In this document: piece by piece, positions 63,527 to 64,000 of the stretch
How the letters are laid out: each line of letters opens with the position of its first letter
Numbering within the stretch: position 1 is the stretch's first letter
Assembly (NCBI RefSeq): GCF_963921235.1
Contig: NC_086108.1
Location: 4,712,001-4,776,000 of the forward strand
Length of the DNA stretch: 64,000 bases
Direction: 5' to 3'
Origin: Mobula hypostoma
Taxonomy: Eukaryota
Notes under the pieces: generated by a model
What the model was told of the DNA's origin: nothing
Seen by the model: the letters and a program-made list of their open reading frames with translations, nothing else
Databases searched by the model: none
Translations under genes and position numbers: made by a program

Positions 63527-64000
63527 CTAAGATATTAAATATCTTAATTTGAAAATAGCAATATGCTGTCAACAGAGCCTAAACCCAGCTCTCTCTTATA
63601 AACGTTCCAATCAGGGGTAGCAAGGTAGTAGGTGCCGGAAATCCAAAGCATACAAACACACACAAGACTGAGCAGGCCAGGCAGCATCTATGGAAAAGAG
63701 TAAACTGTTGACGTTTTGTGCTGAGACCTTTCATCAGGAGTGAGGTAGTGTTTATGAGTTCAATGTCCATTTAGAAATTGAATGGCAGAGGAGAAGAAGC
63801 TGTTCCTGAATCACTGAGTGTGCGACTTCAGGCTTCTGTACCTCCTTCCCAACGATAACAATGAGAAGAGGGACAATCGCTTTAGAGCTCCAGTAATCAC
63901 CGAGTGGGGTTTGATTCCTGCTGTAGGTAAGGAGTTTTGACATTTTCCCTGTGGGTGCTCTGGTACCCTCCCACAGTGCAGAGTTGTACAGGTTAGGGTT

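Noticed and set aside
58439..63552. Six 1500-1700-aa ORFs (Pro/Ser/Leu-rich or Gly/Arg/Glu-rich)
   Set aside because: The purine-only repeat cannot form stop codons in any frame, and the 41-bp unit cycles through frames; this is not a formin- or extensin-like gene

Overview
Eukaryotic (vertebrate) genomic DNA. The repeat repertoire (CR1, Penelope-like elements, V-domain SINEs, Rex1/Babar, RTE) suggests a cartilaginous fish, probably a ray; this is inference. The window reads as mostly intronic and is dominated by nested, decayed transposable elements: an RTE LINE interrupted by a Penelope-like element (PLE), a complete IR/DR Tc1 (DD34E), two long CR1 copies with SGNH-esterase ORF1, an R4/Dong-like fragment, gypsy remnants including a ~540-bp miniature LTR element, solo LTRs, hAT-type MITEs and several SINE families. 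Small minus-strand exons of an unidentified host gene can be chained in frame (45.3 kb -> 34.9 kb -> 27.7 kb -> 21.1 kb, possibly also 63.5 kb and 0.8 kb), with a candidate 22-nt stop-introducing micro-exon. A ~4.9-kb almost pure-purine minisatellite (58.5-63.4 kb) explains all six giant ORFs, which are spurious. The most notable signal is a set of young, TSD-flanked, palindromic PLE-derived mini-elements carrying minimal hammerhead ribozyme motifs, often in both polarities, one as a 50-bp tandem array. No prokaryotic genes, CRISPR arrays, rRNA or bona fide tRNA genes are supported. All calls were made by eye; element edges without a stated TSD or TIR are approximate.
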